NCBI GenBank assembly: GCA_964016885.1
Contig: OZ024740.1
Span: 352,160,001 to 352,224,000 of the forward strand
Reading direction: 5' to 3'
Origin: Eledone cirrhosa
Lineage: Eukaryota
DNA length: 64,000 bases
Positions within the stretch are counted from its first letter, which is position 1, and every line of letters begins with the position of its first letter. Under the pieces are notes generated by a model. It was not told where the DNA came from. It saw only the letters and a program-made list of their open reading frames with translations, and did no database searches. Positions 28,133 to 41,455 of this stretch are shown one piece after another. The position numbers were made by a program, and so were the translations under genes.

Positions 28133-28353
28133 CAGAGGTTCTCAAACTTTTGGGGTCACTCTCCCCTCCCCCACGGCCACATAATACCCTCAGTGCTCCC
28201 CCAACCCTATTTCCAGAGAGACCTGTCTACACGCAAATTGTAAATAATATATAATAAAATCATTAATTTATATATAATAAATAATATAATATATACTATC
28301 ACCCACCCCCACCTAGGCCACAGCGCTGGTAGTGCTCATTTTGAGAACCTCTG
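28133..28353. mobile_element. hAT (Charlie-like) MITE
   Basis: Perfect 14-bp TIR CAGAGGTTCTCAAA; 8-bp TSD CTATAAAC / CTATAAAT. Confidence 0.85.
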
Positions 28354-29109
28354 CTATAAATGGCTGTGGTGTCGGGGAAAGTTCACTTCACAACCACAGG
28401 TTTCCACGTTCTGATCTACTATGTAGAACATTGGGCAATTGTCTTCTACTATAGCTTTACATTGACCAATGCCTTGAGAGTGAGCTTTGGTAGATGGAAA
28501 CTGCAGAAGCTAATTGTGTGCGTGTTTACATTTGTGTCTGTGTTTGTGTACCATAACTTAGAGGATCAACAAAACGAGAAATAAAATAAATACCAAGTCT
28601 GACAAAAATAAGTGCTTTGTCAATATGATTGACTAAAATTTTCAGAGGTCGCCCAAGCATGGTCACATACTAACAGCTAAAACTAGTAAAAAAAAGAATT
28701 AATATAATCCCCCGTACAGATGTCAAATGATTCTAAATCTTCAATTTAGTAACAAGAAGAGATGACGAAGAAACGCTACTAGTAAAGGGAGGCTGTGCTA
28801 GAAAGAACCCATCAAACCCTTGCAAGTATGGAAAAGTAGACATTATAATAATATCACTGTAATGTTTACATAAATAGGGACACTATTTTCATGTGATGGC
28901 ATAACCTCTTTATTTTAATTTCTTTACATATTGCATAAACCATTGCATGTATAAATACAACAGAATCAAAGTTTTTCTCCCATTGATAAACATTATGTAA
29001 GGTAGGAAATCTAGGTTTGTGTTTGGGTATAAAGTAATATGTATTTTAATATGTATCATGATTTGTTCTACACCCTACTGATTAGTATGCTGGCATACAT
29101 CTTATTCTT

Positions 29110-29880
29110 TGCCTGCTTATTCCTAGGAAGGTCGTGGAGGAAGAGTCTCAAAACACACCTTCCAGTGGATCCTATCAGCAGCAACTGTCTCCAATTGATC
29201 CAGCTGGATTTCCAAGTGAGACCAAGCTCATGGATGTTATCCAACTATCTTGCTCATGGTGTGCCTCTGGGTTTCTTGTCAGTTGGTTTTACTCATAAAA
29301 TCTATCCAGTGATTCTTTCCTAAAACATTCTAACTATATGTCTGTAGTATCAGAGCTGTGATCTCTCAATTTGGAGAAGCAGCTTTACATGGAGTGACTC
29401 CTTGATCTCCAATCTATGCACTCTATCGTGTAACATTACTTCAAAGACCCTTCAGAGGAACCCCAAAATACTTGAACTTTTCCACCTGCTTCAGTGGAAC
29501 TTACATGCAGGCTTCCTTCCTTGAGAAGACAAGTGTTTCAGTTTTCAGTCTTTGCAGCACTGATTTTCATTCCTGCTGTGCAGCACTTGGTAGCAAACCT
29601 ATCAAGTGCATGTCAGATCACTTTCTGATAAGTTAAGTAGCATTGTCAACTGCAAATACCAGTCGACTAATCCTACACCCACTGGCTTTGATACCACTTC
29701 TAGCCTGGCTGTGCATGTCAATCCTGTTCATAAAAATTATAAACATGAGAGGTGACAATATGCACTCTTGGTGGAGTCCGACACCCATATTGAATGGTTT
29801 TAAATAAGCACCATTTATCTCAATACAAATACATTTATATATAGAGACTTCAACGCAACAAGAAGCTGTTCATTGATTGC
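29110..29880 (-). pseudogene. Decayed RTE (Rex3/Expander-like) RT and 3' end
   Basis: GVGLHQECILSPLMFIIFM and LVFAVD (RT motifs); 3' end shared with the copies at 43370 and 58078. Confidence 0.7.
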
Positions 29881-32800
29881 ATGCATATTAACTCTAATAT
29901 GTATCAAGTACTCATTTAATCTTTTTGATACAAGGCCACCTGAAACTACTCTTGGTTTTACAATACAAAACTGTTTATTTCAAACAGTATATATCTACCC
30001 AAATGCCTTCTTTCATAATTTTATGTAAGAATATTTTAGTTATGGTCCAAACATCAACTTAATGAGAAAGAGAGTAATACTATTAAAACCTTCCAAATTC
30101 TTGATTTTGAAATTATTTGTAAATCACAACCGATGCCTTTCATTAGAAATATGTTAACAAAAGGATTAAACTTGTTTGTTGTTTTTTTAACTAAGAAAAT
30201 CCAATAACAATGTATGCCAAGATGGAAAACAGGTATCACACACGCTTAGAATAAGTAAATTGTACTGAATTATGCAATTTGGAAATATAAAGTAAGGTGA
30301 CCATGGTTCTTAAGAATCATGACTACTTCAACACCCCCGTTATCTCTGCCTTAGCAGGCCTATATCATGGATGTAAAATTATTGCCAATGATCAAATCTA
30401 AACCATATTTCCAGTACTAACTACAGATAAATGATGTCTGACATGACGATAGGAGTTGACATTAACCAACAGCCTCATTGACTGTCTATTGTGAAAATGA
30501 TCTCATAAAATTAAAGATTTATAACATGTCATCTCTATTTTAACTCTTTCATTACCATATTCTTAAAAAAAATATATAGTGCTATGATTTTCAATTTTTT
30601 AAATAATGAAAGAATTGGATGGATTTAGTAATATAACTTTCTCATTAAGTTGGTATTTAGAACATAACTTAGGAAAAGATTCTTCAAACAATCTGTAATG
30701 GAAGATTTAAATTTAAACGTGAACACTTTAAAATAGGTTTTTTTTCTCATAGAACCAGAGGCATTTTCAGACAGGTTGGTATCAAAAGGGTTAAAGTGCC
30801 AACTATGTCATTTCAACCATAAAATTGGAAGCTGCAATCTGCAACACAGAAGAGCATTATTGGACAGATTCCGTTTTGTGCCAACAACTATTGTGACCTC
30901 TATTGTTATATGTTTATTAAATTGGAATGAGAGCATTGCATTTGAGGAAGGAGCCTCTTGAGGTAAAATGGCTGGTGTAACAGATATTGCTGATTGTTCT
31001 TTATGACAACAATTTTGCCCATCTTGTCTGCAAAGAATTGCTGTTCAACCAAAGATGGAGAGTCCATGTCTTGATTTTTTTGTTTTGATTTATTGTTTCC
31101 AAATTTATTTTTGTGATGTATCTTTGAAAAACTTGAATTTCTATAAATATAAAATGGAAATTCATCATCATCATTGTTTAATGTCTATTTTCCACACTAG
31201 CATGGGTTAGACGGGTTTGTCCCATTAGAGGCAAGTTGGGTCGAGTGACTGTGTCTTGCTCATATAGGACTGTTTCTGGCTAGATTTCTACAGTTGGATG
31301 CCCATCCTAACGCCAACCACATTTACAGTGTGTGCTGGATGCTTTTTGCTATATCTCCTACACAACCATTTTATAGTGTGGGCTGGATGTTTTTGTGTTC
31401 CCAACATAACTTTACAGAGTAAGGGTGGTGTGGGAAGGAGTGGAAGGGTGATGTAGGGGGCATATGGAAGGAGGGTATAGTGGATTAAGAGGCTCCTACT
31501 GTGTGTATGTTTGTGTGCAAGGGTAGGCGGGTCTTCTATATTACTGCCAAAGATCTTGATCCTGTGTCATTGAATCTGAGAGGTGCATGTGTGCAAGGTC
31601 AGCTTTTATCACTTCATCCCAAGTCTTCCTGGGTCTTTCTACTCTGTAGCTTCCATCAATTTTGATCACCCTGCACCTTTTTATAAGGATGTCATCCTTC
31701 AAGCTGTTAATTATGAACATCAGTTGGCCTAAGCACTGAGTTTGTTAAAGGGCATTTGTCTGCTACTCTGAGCAATCTTCCTGGCAACAAAGAAACTCCC
31801 TCACTCAGCTCAGTTATATAGAAGACTTTATAGTTAGCCTTTCATTACTATATTTCTAATGATAAACACTGCCCATGATTTTCAAATAATTTTGAAAAGA
31901 ATCAATAATTTGATTGTTAAGTTGGTGTTTGGAGCTCAACTTATCAAAGGTTCTTAATAAAATTATGACAGAAGTTTTTTAGATAAATATAACTGCCAGA
32001 GACAGTTCTGTATGAGCGAGACATGGTCTCCCAACCAATCTCACCTCAAGTGGGACAAAACTGTCCAACCCATGCTAGCGTGGAAGATGGACATTAAACA
32101 ATGATGATGATGATAAATACTTTAAAATAAACAGTTTTGTATCATAGAACTAGTGATAATTTCAGGTATTAAAAAAATTAACCATCCTATGCCACCAATG
32201 ATTTTCCCCACCATACATAGTAACAAATTATTAATTTTGTTTTGTTTTTTTAATTAAATTTCCCCATATCTACAGATGCTTTGAAATGAAAGTAAACCAG
32301 CTTTTCCTAAAATTGAATATTGTGCTTAATATAGTATTGTGATACATAAACAGAGGCCAGAACACAAGGTAAAGATATTGTGTGCGTGTGTGCATATACA
32401 TGAACACACACTTATTCAGGGATATGGTGCAGACTGAAATACTATTCAAATGTATTAGCAGCATACTCTTAGCATGTTTGGTTTAGCACCCTTGATGCTT
32501 AATTATATAAGCTATGACTGCATCTGTACTTGAAAGGAGTTGAATGTGTTAAAGACCACAGTTACTGAACAAAAATACCTTTGCTGTTTTAGTAATCTTG
32601 AATAATTTCTAAACAATGTAACAGCACGAAATAACATTCCAGTATTTTTTCAATGGTATTTTTGTTCATCTGTTTATAAATTGACAGAAACGCCTTCAGT
32701 ACAGTGTGACAGAAAGGTTCTAACATTTCATTTAGGATAGAAGAATAACCATAACTAAATAAATAACTAGAAATATACTCTCTCCCTATCTTTCTCCCTC

Positions 32801-33013
32801 CCTCTCTCATCAACCAACTCATTTTAAAAAACAAATTATTGCACGTTTTCTTGTATTATATTTTTTACTGGGTTCATCCAGTATTGGCTGAAACTCATGA
32901 TGTAAATGTTAACCTGTTTGATACCACCCCCATCTAAAACCACCCCTGGTCCTATGAAACACACATTTCAAAGGATTCCTATTAAAATTAAAGCTTTCCA
33001 ACAATTTTATATA

Positions 33014-34251
33014 CGAGGATGGGCTAAAAAGTTCATAGGCTGACTATGAAAGAGTGATGCTACAACTGTGAAATCTTCTATGCATTAATAACTGCATTGT
33101 TTCTTTCCAAGTAAACTAACATCTTACTGTTCAAAGACTTCAAAAGTAACTAATAGCAACTTCACTTGAAAATGAACAAGATTTAGCATTGTGGTGTTAT
33201 CACGACGCTGCAGAAAAAGTCTAGTCCCCAAGGACATTCATGCTGACATAGTTGCTACATTAGAGGATGATGCTCCAGCTTTATCAACAGTGCAAAAGTG
33301 GGCAGCTGAATTTAACATGGGAAGGGAGAATCTTGAAGATGACCCAAGGTCTGGACGTCCTGCAACTGCCACCAAAGGGGAAAACATTGTGTTCGTCACA
33401 TAGTGATGGATGATAGGCAATTGACTATAAATCAAATAGCCAATGGTATTAGTATATCCTGTGAGAAAATTGAGAATATTCTGCACAATGAACTTAGCAT
33501 GACAAAGGTTTCTGCTCCATGGGTGCTATGACTTCTGACACCTGATCAAAAGCACACCAGGCTGATCACATGACAGGAAAATCTGACATTGTTTGAGATA
33601 GATCCAGCTGGTTTCTTGACCGCGGATGAGTGTGGGGTTCATCACTTTGGAAAAAAGACAATCCATGCAGTAGAAACACCCCTCCTTATTTGCTCCAAAG
33701 AGGCCAAGGTCGTTTCATCTGAGGAAAAGTGATAGCCTTATTTGGGGGCAGATGTAAAAGACTATGTTTAATGACTATCTTCAAAAGAGCCATATCATCA
33801 AGGGAGAATACTATGCCAACTTGAGGCAGTTACGAAAGGCTATCAAGATCAAAAGCCTAGGAAAACTGTTGAAAGGGGTCTCATTTCATCAGGACAATGC
33901 TCCAGCACACTAGTCCTTGGTTTTAATGGCTGCTGTGTATGACTGTCGCTTTGAACTGGTTGATCACTCTCCCTATTCTGATTTGGCCCCATCTGACTAT
34001 CATCCGTTTCCCAACATGAAAAAACACTTGGCTGGGAACCAATGTCATAGTGCTGATGACATCATATCTGCTATTGATGACTTTTTTACCAACAGGATGA
34101 AAGTTTCTTCACCTATGGGATCTATGCACTAAACACCAATGGAAGAACTGTGTGAACTGCAAGAACGACTATGTTGAAAAATATATCTCACTTGATCACA
34201 TTCCATGAGAGTATCTTGGTCAGCCTATGAACTTTTAAACTGACCCTCTTG
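33014..34251 (+). mobile_element. Full-length decayed mariner (DD34D) transposon
   Basis: About 30-bp TIRs sharing AAAAGTTCATAGGCTGAC, left TA flank; transposase relics RSGRP, WVL*LLT (WVPRLL), TADE, HQDNAPAH and HSPYSDLAPSDY; many stops and frameshifts; nested in a TTAA MITE (32909-34342). Confidence 0.93.
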
Positions 34252-37200
34252 TTATAACTTAATGAAATTATAATTTTAGTAAATCCATCCAAATTCTTTG
34301 TTATAATGTATTTCATTACAAATATGGTAGCGCAAGGGTTAATGTATGTATTGAATTTTGTAGTTAACATAAATTGAACCTAAATAAATTGAATTTGTTC
34401 ACATGAACAAATTGAGGCTAGTCCCAGCAATACTGATAGACAACACATTACATTATTTGAAGAATAAATGAATTTCAAACCACAGAAATCAGTTAGAATA
34501 ATGATTGTTTCATTGGTGAGTAAGATACTTGTGTGACAACTGTTGCACTGATATATTTATCTTGCAATGAGGTCTTAGTGCAACTGTTTGCATAGTATGT
34601 GGCATTGTTGGTGATCGGAAAGGCATCCAACTGTAGAAGACTATCAAACAAAGGACCAAGAGGACTCTTCTGCAGTGACAAACATCCTCAGTGCTGGTTC
34701 CATGAGAAAATGCAGTCTGTAAAGCATGGGGACATTTGTAAATGAAATGCAAAGTAAAAATGACCAATTCAAAGATTTGGAGAGCTTTCAATACCAATAT
34801 TTAGAGCTTATCCTTTCAAGATTACTGAGTATGTTCTTTTGCTCCAGGAAATAGAGCCTTAAAACTTTCAACTTTTTTGAGTCATTTAGCTGGTGTATGC
34901 ACAGTATGGTTTAATCCAAGGGTCGGCAACCTACAGCCCACAGGCCATATCCGACCCACGAGAACTGATGCCCAATGAGTTGTTTATTTGAAATTTAAAT
35001 TTATTGTAATATGAGAGACAAGACTTTCAAATAAATAAAAGGCCTACTGTTACATTCTTCCAAAAATCTTCTGATTCATTCTACCTAATGTCCACCACCA
35101 ACCGGATGTGAACGCTTTGACAGCAAAAGCACAATTAAAAATTCATTGTGTACACAATACAAACAATAATACAATTCCGAAACATTTCTACCCAATCACC
35201 ACCACTCCCGCGTAAAAAATAAAACAAAAAAACAGAGACAACCTGAGCCTGCCGACGGACATAAAAAGATTGCCTTGAAGGGACCATTGTCTCAGTCGGC
35301 GTACTGCCATCACTCCGTCAACAGCGTAACAAAAATTAAAAAAAATTTCTTTTATCAATTTCATAAAAGCTACAAATAGCAGATAATTATTTGGTTATTA
35401 ACATCATGATACCCAGTCACAGTAACCTTTCACTGTAAAGTCTTTCTTTTGGTGGGTTATCAAAACTACAAATCACATGACTTGGCAAAAGAAAAAAAAA
35501 TGATTTGGAAGTTTGTTTCATAACTGTGGGATTGAGGGTTTGAGCCACACTTCATGTGGGCAAATGTCTTGTAATATAACCTTAGATGTTTCGCTCACAC
35601 AGAACTGATTTGGGCTTGGTTTCTACGCCTGGATGCTCTTCCTAATGCCAAATATATATATATATGTTGACACAGCTTAAAAATGGGAACTCTTTCTTTA
35701 TGTCCCTTAACTTAATAGTTCAGCAAACACAGATTAATAGAATAAGTACCAAATTTTAAAATAGGTATAGGGGAGGGAGTTGATTCAATCAACTAAACTC
35801 TTCAAGGTTGTGCTTCAGCATGGCCACAATCCACAAAAAGACAAACCAGTAAAAAAAAAAGTAAAATAGAATAGAATAAGGTTTCAAAATTATTTTCTGA
35901 AAGCCATCCAGGTGGAAAGGCCATGGTACCATATTACCAAGAGAGTATGACTCCAACAAAATGGTGAAAGAAGAGTTTGACAAGGCAGAAAATGATTGGT
36001 ACAGAAAATCAGAGTGTGATGTCAAGATGAAGGTAAAATGAGAGGTAAATCATGAACAAGGAGAGGGAAAATAGTAACAAGAAAGACTTATTTGAACTAA
36101 ATGCAAAAATTATTTTATCCTCAACTGAATAGACACTCCTGGGATAACGTTTAGAGTGTTTTGGAGAAGGGACTTTGTGCCAGTGAAGTTGAGCTTGTAT
36201 TTTTGATTTGGATGCTATGTAAGTTTACTCAGACACACAAAGGTATATTATCTAACTTGGTAAATACATCTTATATTTGAGTCTTGCCAATTGCTTTGAT
36301 TTCAACTGAAGATGATTTACAGAACAAATGAGTTAATTATAGACAAAGAAAAACATTGGGCAATTTTATCTGTACTGAGAAGACAGAACCCATAACATTT
36401 GCAGGCCTTCTCAGACTAACATGGTTGATGTTCAGTTTAAACATTTGTCAGTTTTCTGTCAGTGGGGGTGGAGACAGGACAAGGATAAGAAAGGAAATCC
36501 TAAAAGTTGCAGATTTGGTGAGTAAGACAACAGCCAAGTTGAGTCTGAGAGGTGAACAATAATGGTTGCAAAGAGTAACAGTAGATGAACAGTGAAGGTA
36601 TATAGCTAGCAAATTCAGAGTAGCAGAGTCTATTATAGTAGTAAACGAAGAGTCAAAGAAACATAACTATTACTATAGATTGTAGTAAACATAGTAAGTA
36701 AAGCAATTCTACTGTTCTACTCCAAAGTATGCATATGATTCATAACACAAATGTCCATGTTTTTGAGATACTAGATGTACTTCCAAGCTAGATTCTGAAA
36801 GTTCAGGTAAATACATCTGGTTTTCATTAAGAAACAATTGTTCATTTTTTACACACATCTGCTAAATTTCACATATGTATTTGTGCAAACACATACATAC
36901 TTGTGTGTTAGTGTAGACTAGGAGAATACGAATGCAAAATGGATGGTGCAGAGAAAATGAATGGACTAGAAAATAAACAAGTCTCAGAAGGAGAAAAAGA
37001 AAGAGAGCGATGAAGAGGGAAAGAAAGAGTAAAAGAAAGAGGAAAAGAAAGAGAAAGACAAAATGATAGTGATGAAAAAGGGGAAGAGTGGAGAATAAAT
37101 AGCCAAAGTGGAAACAAGAGGGAGAGAGAGAAGTGTGTACAATTATGCTTTTGTAACATGCTCAGAAATCTTACTTCAATTTTATCTTAGTTTCAGTTAA

Positions 37201-37473
37201 AATGCTCTCTTGTTTCTTGCCATTCAGGTTCTTTACTAGACTAACTATATTTTCTCTTCAACATCTAATTTCTATCTGTTTGGACTGAGGGTTGACTGTA
37301 CTAGCTGAACATAGTAGTAGTACAGAGAAGAACATGCAAAGAGATATAAAACTGGGAAGGAAAAACTAAATTGTACAATGTTAACACTTTCATTACAATA
37401 TTTCTAATGAAAGACTTCTTTTGATTTTCACATCATTGTGAAAATAATTGAGAATTTAGAGTGATTTAATAAT

Positions 37474-37642
37474 TGTTTCTACTTTAGGCACAAGGCCAGC
37501 AATTACTCAGTGCATTACTGGTACTTTATTTTATCGACCCTGTAAGGATGAAAGCTGGAAAGCATAGTTACGTCCCTTTATGATCTGAGTTCAAATCCCG
37601 CCGAGGTTGACTTTGCCTTTCATCCTTACGGGGTCGATAAAA
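37474..37642 (-). mobile_element. tRNA-derived SINE (GCCTTTCATCC-type central domain) with inverted 5' part
   Basis: Two SINE halves in opposite orientation, bracketed by the 17-bp direct repeat TAGAGTGATTTAATAAT (37457, 37643). Confidence 0.8.
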
Positions 37643-38393
37643 TAGAGTGATTTAATAATATAACCTTCTCGTTATCGAGCTGGTATTTGGAACATAGCTT
37701 AAAGTTTTACATAAAATTATGTCAGATTTTTAGAAAATATAAACACTTTGAAATAAACAGTTTTGTATCATAAAACCAAAATTGGTTTCGAGTGGTTTGG
37801 TATCAAAATGATTAAATTCATAGCAAAGATTTCTTGTGTTGAGAGAAGTGTAAGTGCGAGGAAAGAAGCTTGTAGTGAACACTTTCAAAGAAGAAATAAC
37901 AGAAGCTGCTCTACACAATTCTTAGGAAGCAGAAGTGCTCTTTAAATGAAGCCCTTTTTTCTTGTTATGTAGCCACAAATCTCTCATTGAGCAGTCCTAT
38001 GATACATAATTAGTTGCTCAAATGACTTGGCATCATTCACATATCTATTGCTCCAAATAATCCAGGCTTCCCCTAACTAGAGGATCATACTGCATAGTCT
38101 GACATGCAGTGGTAATCATATAGGCTCTAGTGTATCAGTTTAGAATTGAACTTTCCACTGACCAGTCTATTTCTCTTCACCTATAGCTGTTGTGTAGCTC
38201 ATGGTTAGTCTGATCAAGCATACCTATGATCAAAGGTGTTCCAGCCATCACTATTCCTTCGCTTCCCCAAGCACAATCCTTCCAAGGCCACATAATTTAA
38301 TGTGACCAATTTAAATACAATAGAGTGTAAATTGAAAGACACTACTGCTATTTCAGGCAAGTTAAATGACCATAAAGAGAATCCCCTCATTGG

Positions 38394-39181
38394 CTCTGTA
38401 CACCTATAGATTCTGATGGTAATCACAGCAGAAAGAGGCACTGTAGACTCAGTGTACAACAGTTGCAGATACTCTGTACACCTATAGATTCTGATGGTAA
38501 TCACAGCAGAAAGAGGCACTGTAGACTCAGTGTACAACAGTTGCAGATCTTCTGTACACCTATAGATTCTGATGGTAATCACAGCAGAAAGAGGCACTGT
38601 AGACTCAGTGTACAACAGTTGCAGATACTCTGTACACCTATAGATTCTGATGGTAATCACAGCAGAAAGAGGCACTGTAGAGTCAGTGTACAACAGTTGC
38701 AGATACTCTGTACACCTATAGATTCTGATGGTAATCACAGCAGAAAGAGGCACTGTAGACTCAGTGTACAACAGTTGCAGATCTTCTGTACACCTATAGA
38801 TTCTGATGGTAATCACAGCAGAAAGAGGCACTGTAGACTCAGTGTACAACAGTTGCAGATACTCTGTACACCTATAGATTCTGATGGTAATCACAGCAGA
38901 AAGAGGCACTGTAGACTCAGTGTACAACAGTTGCAGATCTTCTGTACACCTATAGATTCTGATGGTAATCACAGCAGAAAGAGGCACTGTAGACTCAGTG
39001 TACAACAGTTGCAGATACTCTGTACACCTATAGATTCTGATGGTAATCACAGCAGAAAGAGGCACTGTAGACTCAGTGTACAACAGTTGCAGATACTCTG
39101 TACACCTATAGATTCTGATGGTAATCACAGCAGAAAGAGGCACTGTAGACTCAGTGTACAACAGTTGCAGATCTTCTGTAC
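38394..39181. repeat. 78-bp tandem repeat, 10 near-identical copies plus a partial unit
   Basis: Unit starts at 38394, 38472, 38550 ... 39174. Confidence 0.97.
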
Positions 39182-39988
39182 TTAATGTTAATCCAAGGAA
39201 AGTGTTTTATGTTAATGCTGTATATCTGCAGTTATGTCATAAAGAGCTGGAAAGAGAGATAAGACAGCTAGAGAGAGCATAAGAGTGAGACCAAGAGAGT
39301 GAGGGAGATTGAGAGAGATAGAGAGAGCATTTTAACTAATATATTTTTCAACCAATATCTCCAAAAGTTTCAATTATTTATAATAGTTTCTGATTTAGGC
39401 ACAAGGCCAACAATTTTGGGGGAGGGGTAAGTCGATTAAATCAACCCCAGTGCATTACTGGTACTTTATTTTATCGATGAAAGGATGAAAGGCAAAGCTA
39501 ATTTCAGCAGGATTTGAACTTAGAACATAAAGGGCCATAACTATGCCGCTAAGCATGTTGTCCGATGCTCTACCGAATGATGGCCTCTCTCAATTTCGTC
39601 AACAAACCACCTTTTCCAGAAAAGGTGACTAATTCCAATAGTAACAATATTGTGTTGCATTTTGAAGTAGAATAGCAAAAGTGATTATTCTAAAAATGAC
39701 ATATAGGTTATTCCTTAAAGTTGCCAATTCTCACGACATGGAGTGGACATCTATATTATTTTTTTTTTTTTTTGATAAAACTACTAAATGAAAAACTAGC
39801 TAGAAATACACACGATTATTCTTTTTTAATTAACAAGATTTATAGTTAACAGCTAGATGACTATTTTCATTAGCTATGTTGTGTTGAAATAACCTACAAA
39901 TTAACTAAATTGACAATGCTGGTCCCGATCTCTTTAAAATAAAAAGATTATCTGCTTATTAAAATCAAAGCTATGAATATTATAAAAA

Positions 39989-40257
39989 CTAGATGAGGCG
40001 ACGTCTTCTCCCTCTTTTTGTCACACACACACACTCTCTCTAAACAAATGACGTTCCTTTTCTCTCTTGGCGTTCCCCCTCTATATATATATAGATGAGG
40101 GTGACATCGTAACTTTCTGTCACCCACCTCGAAAACACACGGCGTTCCCTTTTCTCTATGTACATATCTCCCACTTGGCGCTCCCCCTCTCTATGTAAAG
40201 TGAGCGTGACGAACTGGAGGGACGGACAGACAAACAGCGCCCTTATTATAATATAGA
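39989..40257 (-). mobile_element. Possible non-autonomous Helitron-like element
   Basis: Minus strand begins A|TCTATATTATAA..GTTTGTCTGTCC and ends CTAG|T; no convincing subterminal hairpin; a similar 5' end lies near 22310-22348. Confidence 0.45.
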
Positions 40258-40359
40258 TTGTCAAAATGAACCCGCAATGCAATCCTCATAACCACTGAGG
40301 AGATGAAGAGTGAAAGCGTCGTTAGCTACGTTAAGTTTCAACGCCGTGACTGGCAATAT

Positions 40360-41455
40360 AGGCATCAAAGTATATTTCGCCCCTTAAAGTTCTGAGTTCA
40401 AATCCTGCTGAGGTTAGCTTTGCCTTTCATTCTTACGAGGTTGATAAAATAAATTACCACTATCAGACTGGGGTCGATTTAATTGATTTTCCCTTCCCCC
40501 AAAATTGCTGGCTGTGTCTAAATCAAAAATCATTATAATCACGGATAAAGTTATTAAACTGTTTTAAGTATCGGTAGAGGGTCGGACGCCATGCTTTGAC
40601 GCATAGAGTTACGGCCCTTGCCATTCTGAGTTCAAATCCCGCCGAGGTTAACTTTGCCTTTCATCCCTACGGGGTCGATAAAATAAAGTACCAGTAATGC
40701 ACTGGATAATTGCTGGCCTTGTGCCAAAAGTAGAAACAATTATCAAAAGCCATAAGATTCAAGACGGTAGAGTATAATTTGAAGTAGATTTAGTCGCAAT
40801 TTTCTGCAGGTCGAGAACCTATGTAGAGACATCCTTTTGATTTCTAACAGACAATAAAACTTTGGGGCAGAGGCAGTTGATATCAACACTTGTACACAGT
40901 GCCGGATTTAGGACAAATGAGGTCCCGTGTTAGTTATGAGGCCCCTTACTTGAAAAACATGAAAAATTCATCGTAAAAAAATGTTTGGCAGCAAGATGCT
41001 GAACCATTACTGCTTCTAAGGGCGGTGGATTGGCAGTATCGATCGTGTCGGACACTATGTTTTGTGGCATAGAGTTATAGCCCTTTACGTTCTAGTTCAA
41101 ATCCCACGAAGGTTAGCTTTGCCTTTCATCTTTACGGAGTCGATAAAATAAAGCACCAGTAATTCACTGGGGTCAATTTAATCGACTTTCCTCTCTCCCC
41201 AAATTGCTACCCTTGTGCCTATAGTAGGAAGTATTATTGCTTCTAATCTAAATGGCGGTGGATTGGCAGTATCGGTAGAGGGTCGGACGCCATGCTTTGT
41301 AGCACAGTTATATCCCTTTACGGACTGAGTTCAAATCCCGCCGAGGTTAACTTTGCCTTTCATCCTTACGGGGTCCATAAAATAAAGTACCAGTAATGTA
41401 CTGGGATAATTGCTGGCCTTGTGCCAAAAAGTAGAAACAATTATTGCTTCTAATC
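40360..41455 (+). mobile_element. Cluster of four same-strand tRNA-derived SINEs (Sauria/Meta-domain-like core)
   Basis: GAGTTCAAATCC B box plus CTTTGCCTTTCATCC..GGTCGATAAAATAAAGTACCAGT, starting near 40360, 40570, 41020 and 41253; other copies at 14030, 21270, 24000, 25840, 39380, 47400 and 56798. Confidence 0.75.

Noticed and set aside
35234-35300. Interleaved inverted repeats GAGACAA/TTGTCTC and GCCGAC/GTCGGC (pseudoknot-like)
   Set aside because: Does not fit HDV-like topology (no P4 or J4/2); short stems may be chance.
38214-39185. 315-aa and 240-aa repeat ORFs; CRISPR-like regularity
   Set aside because: Stop-free 78-bp unit, non-ATG starts, no known motif; no unique spacers and no cas genes.
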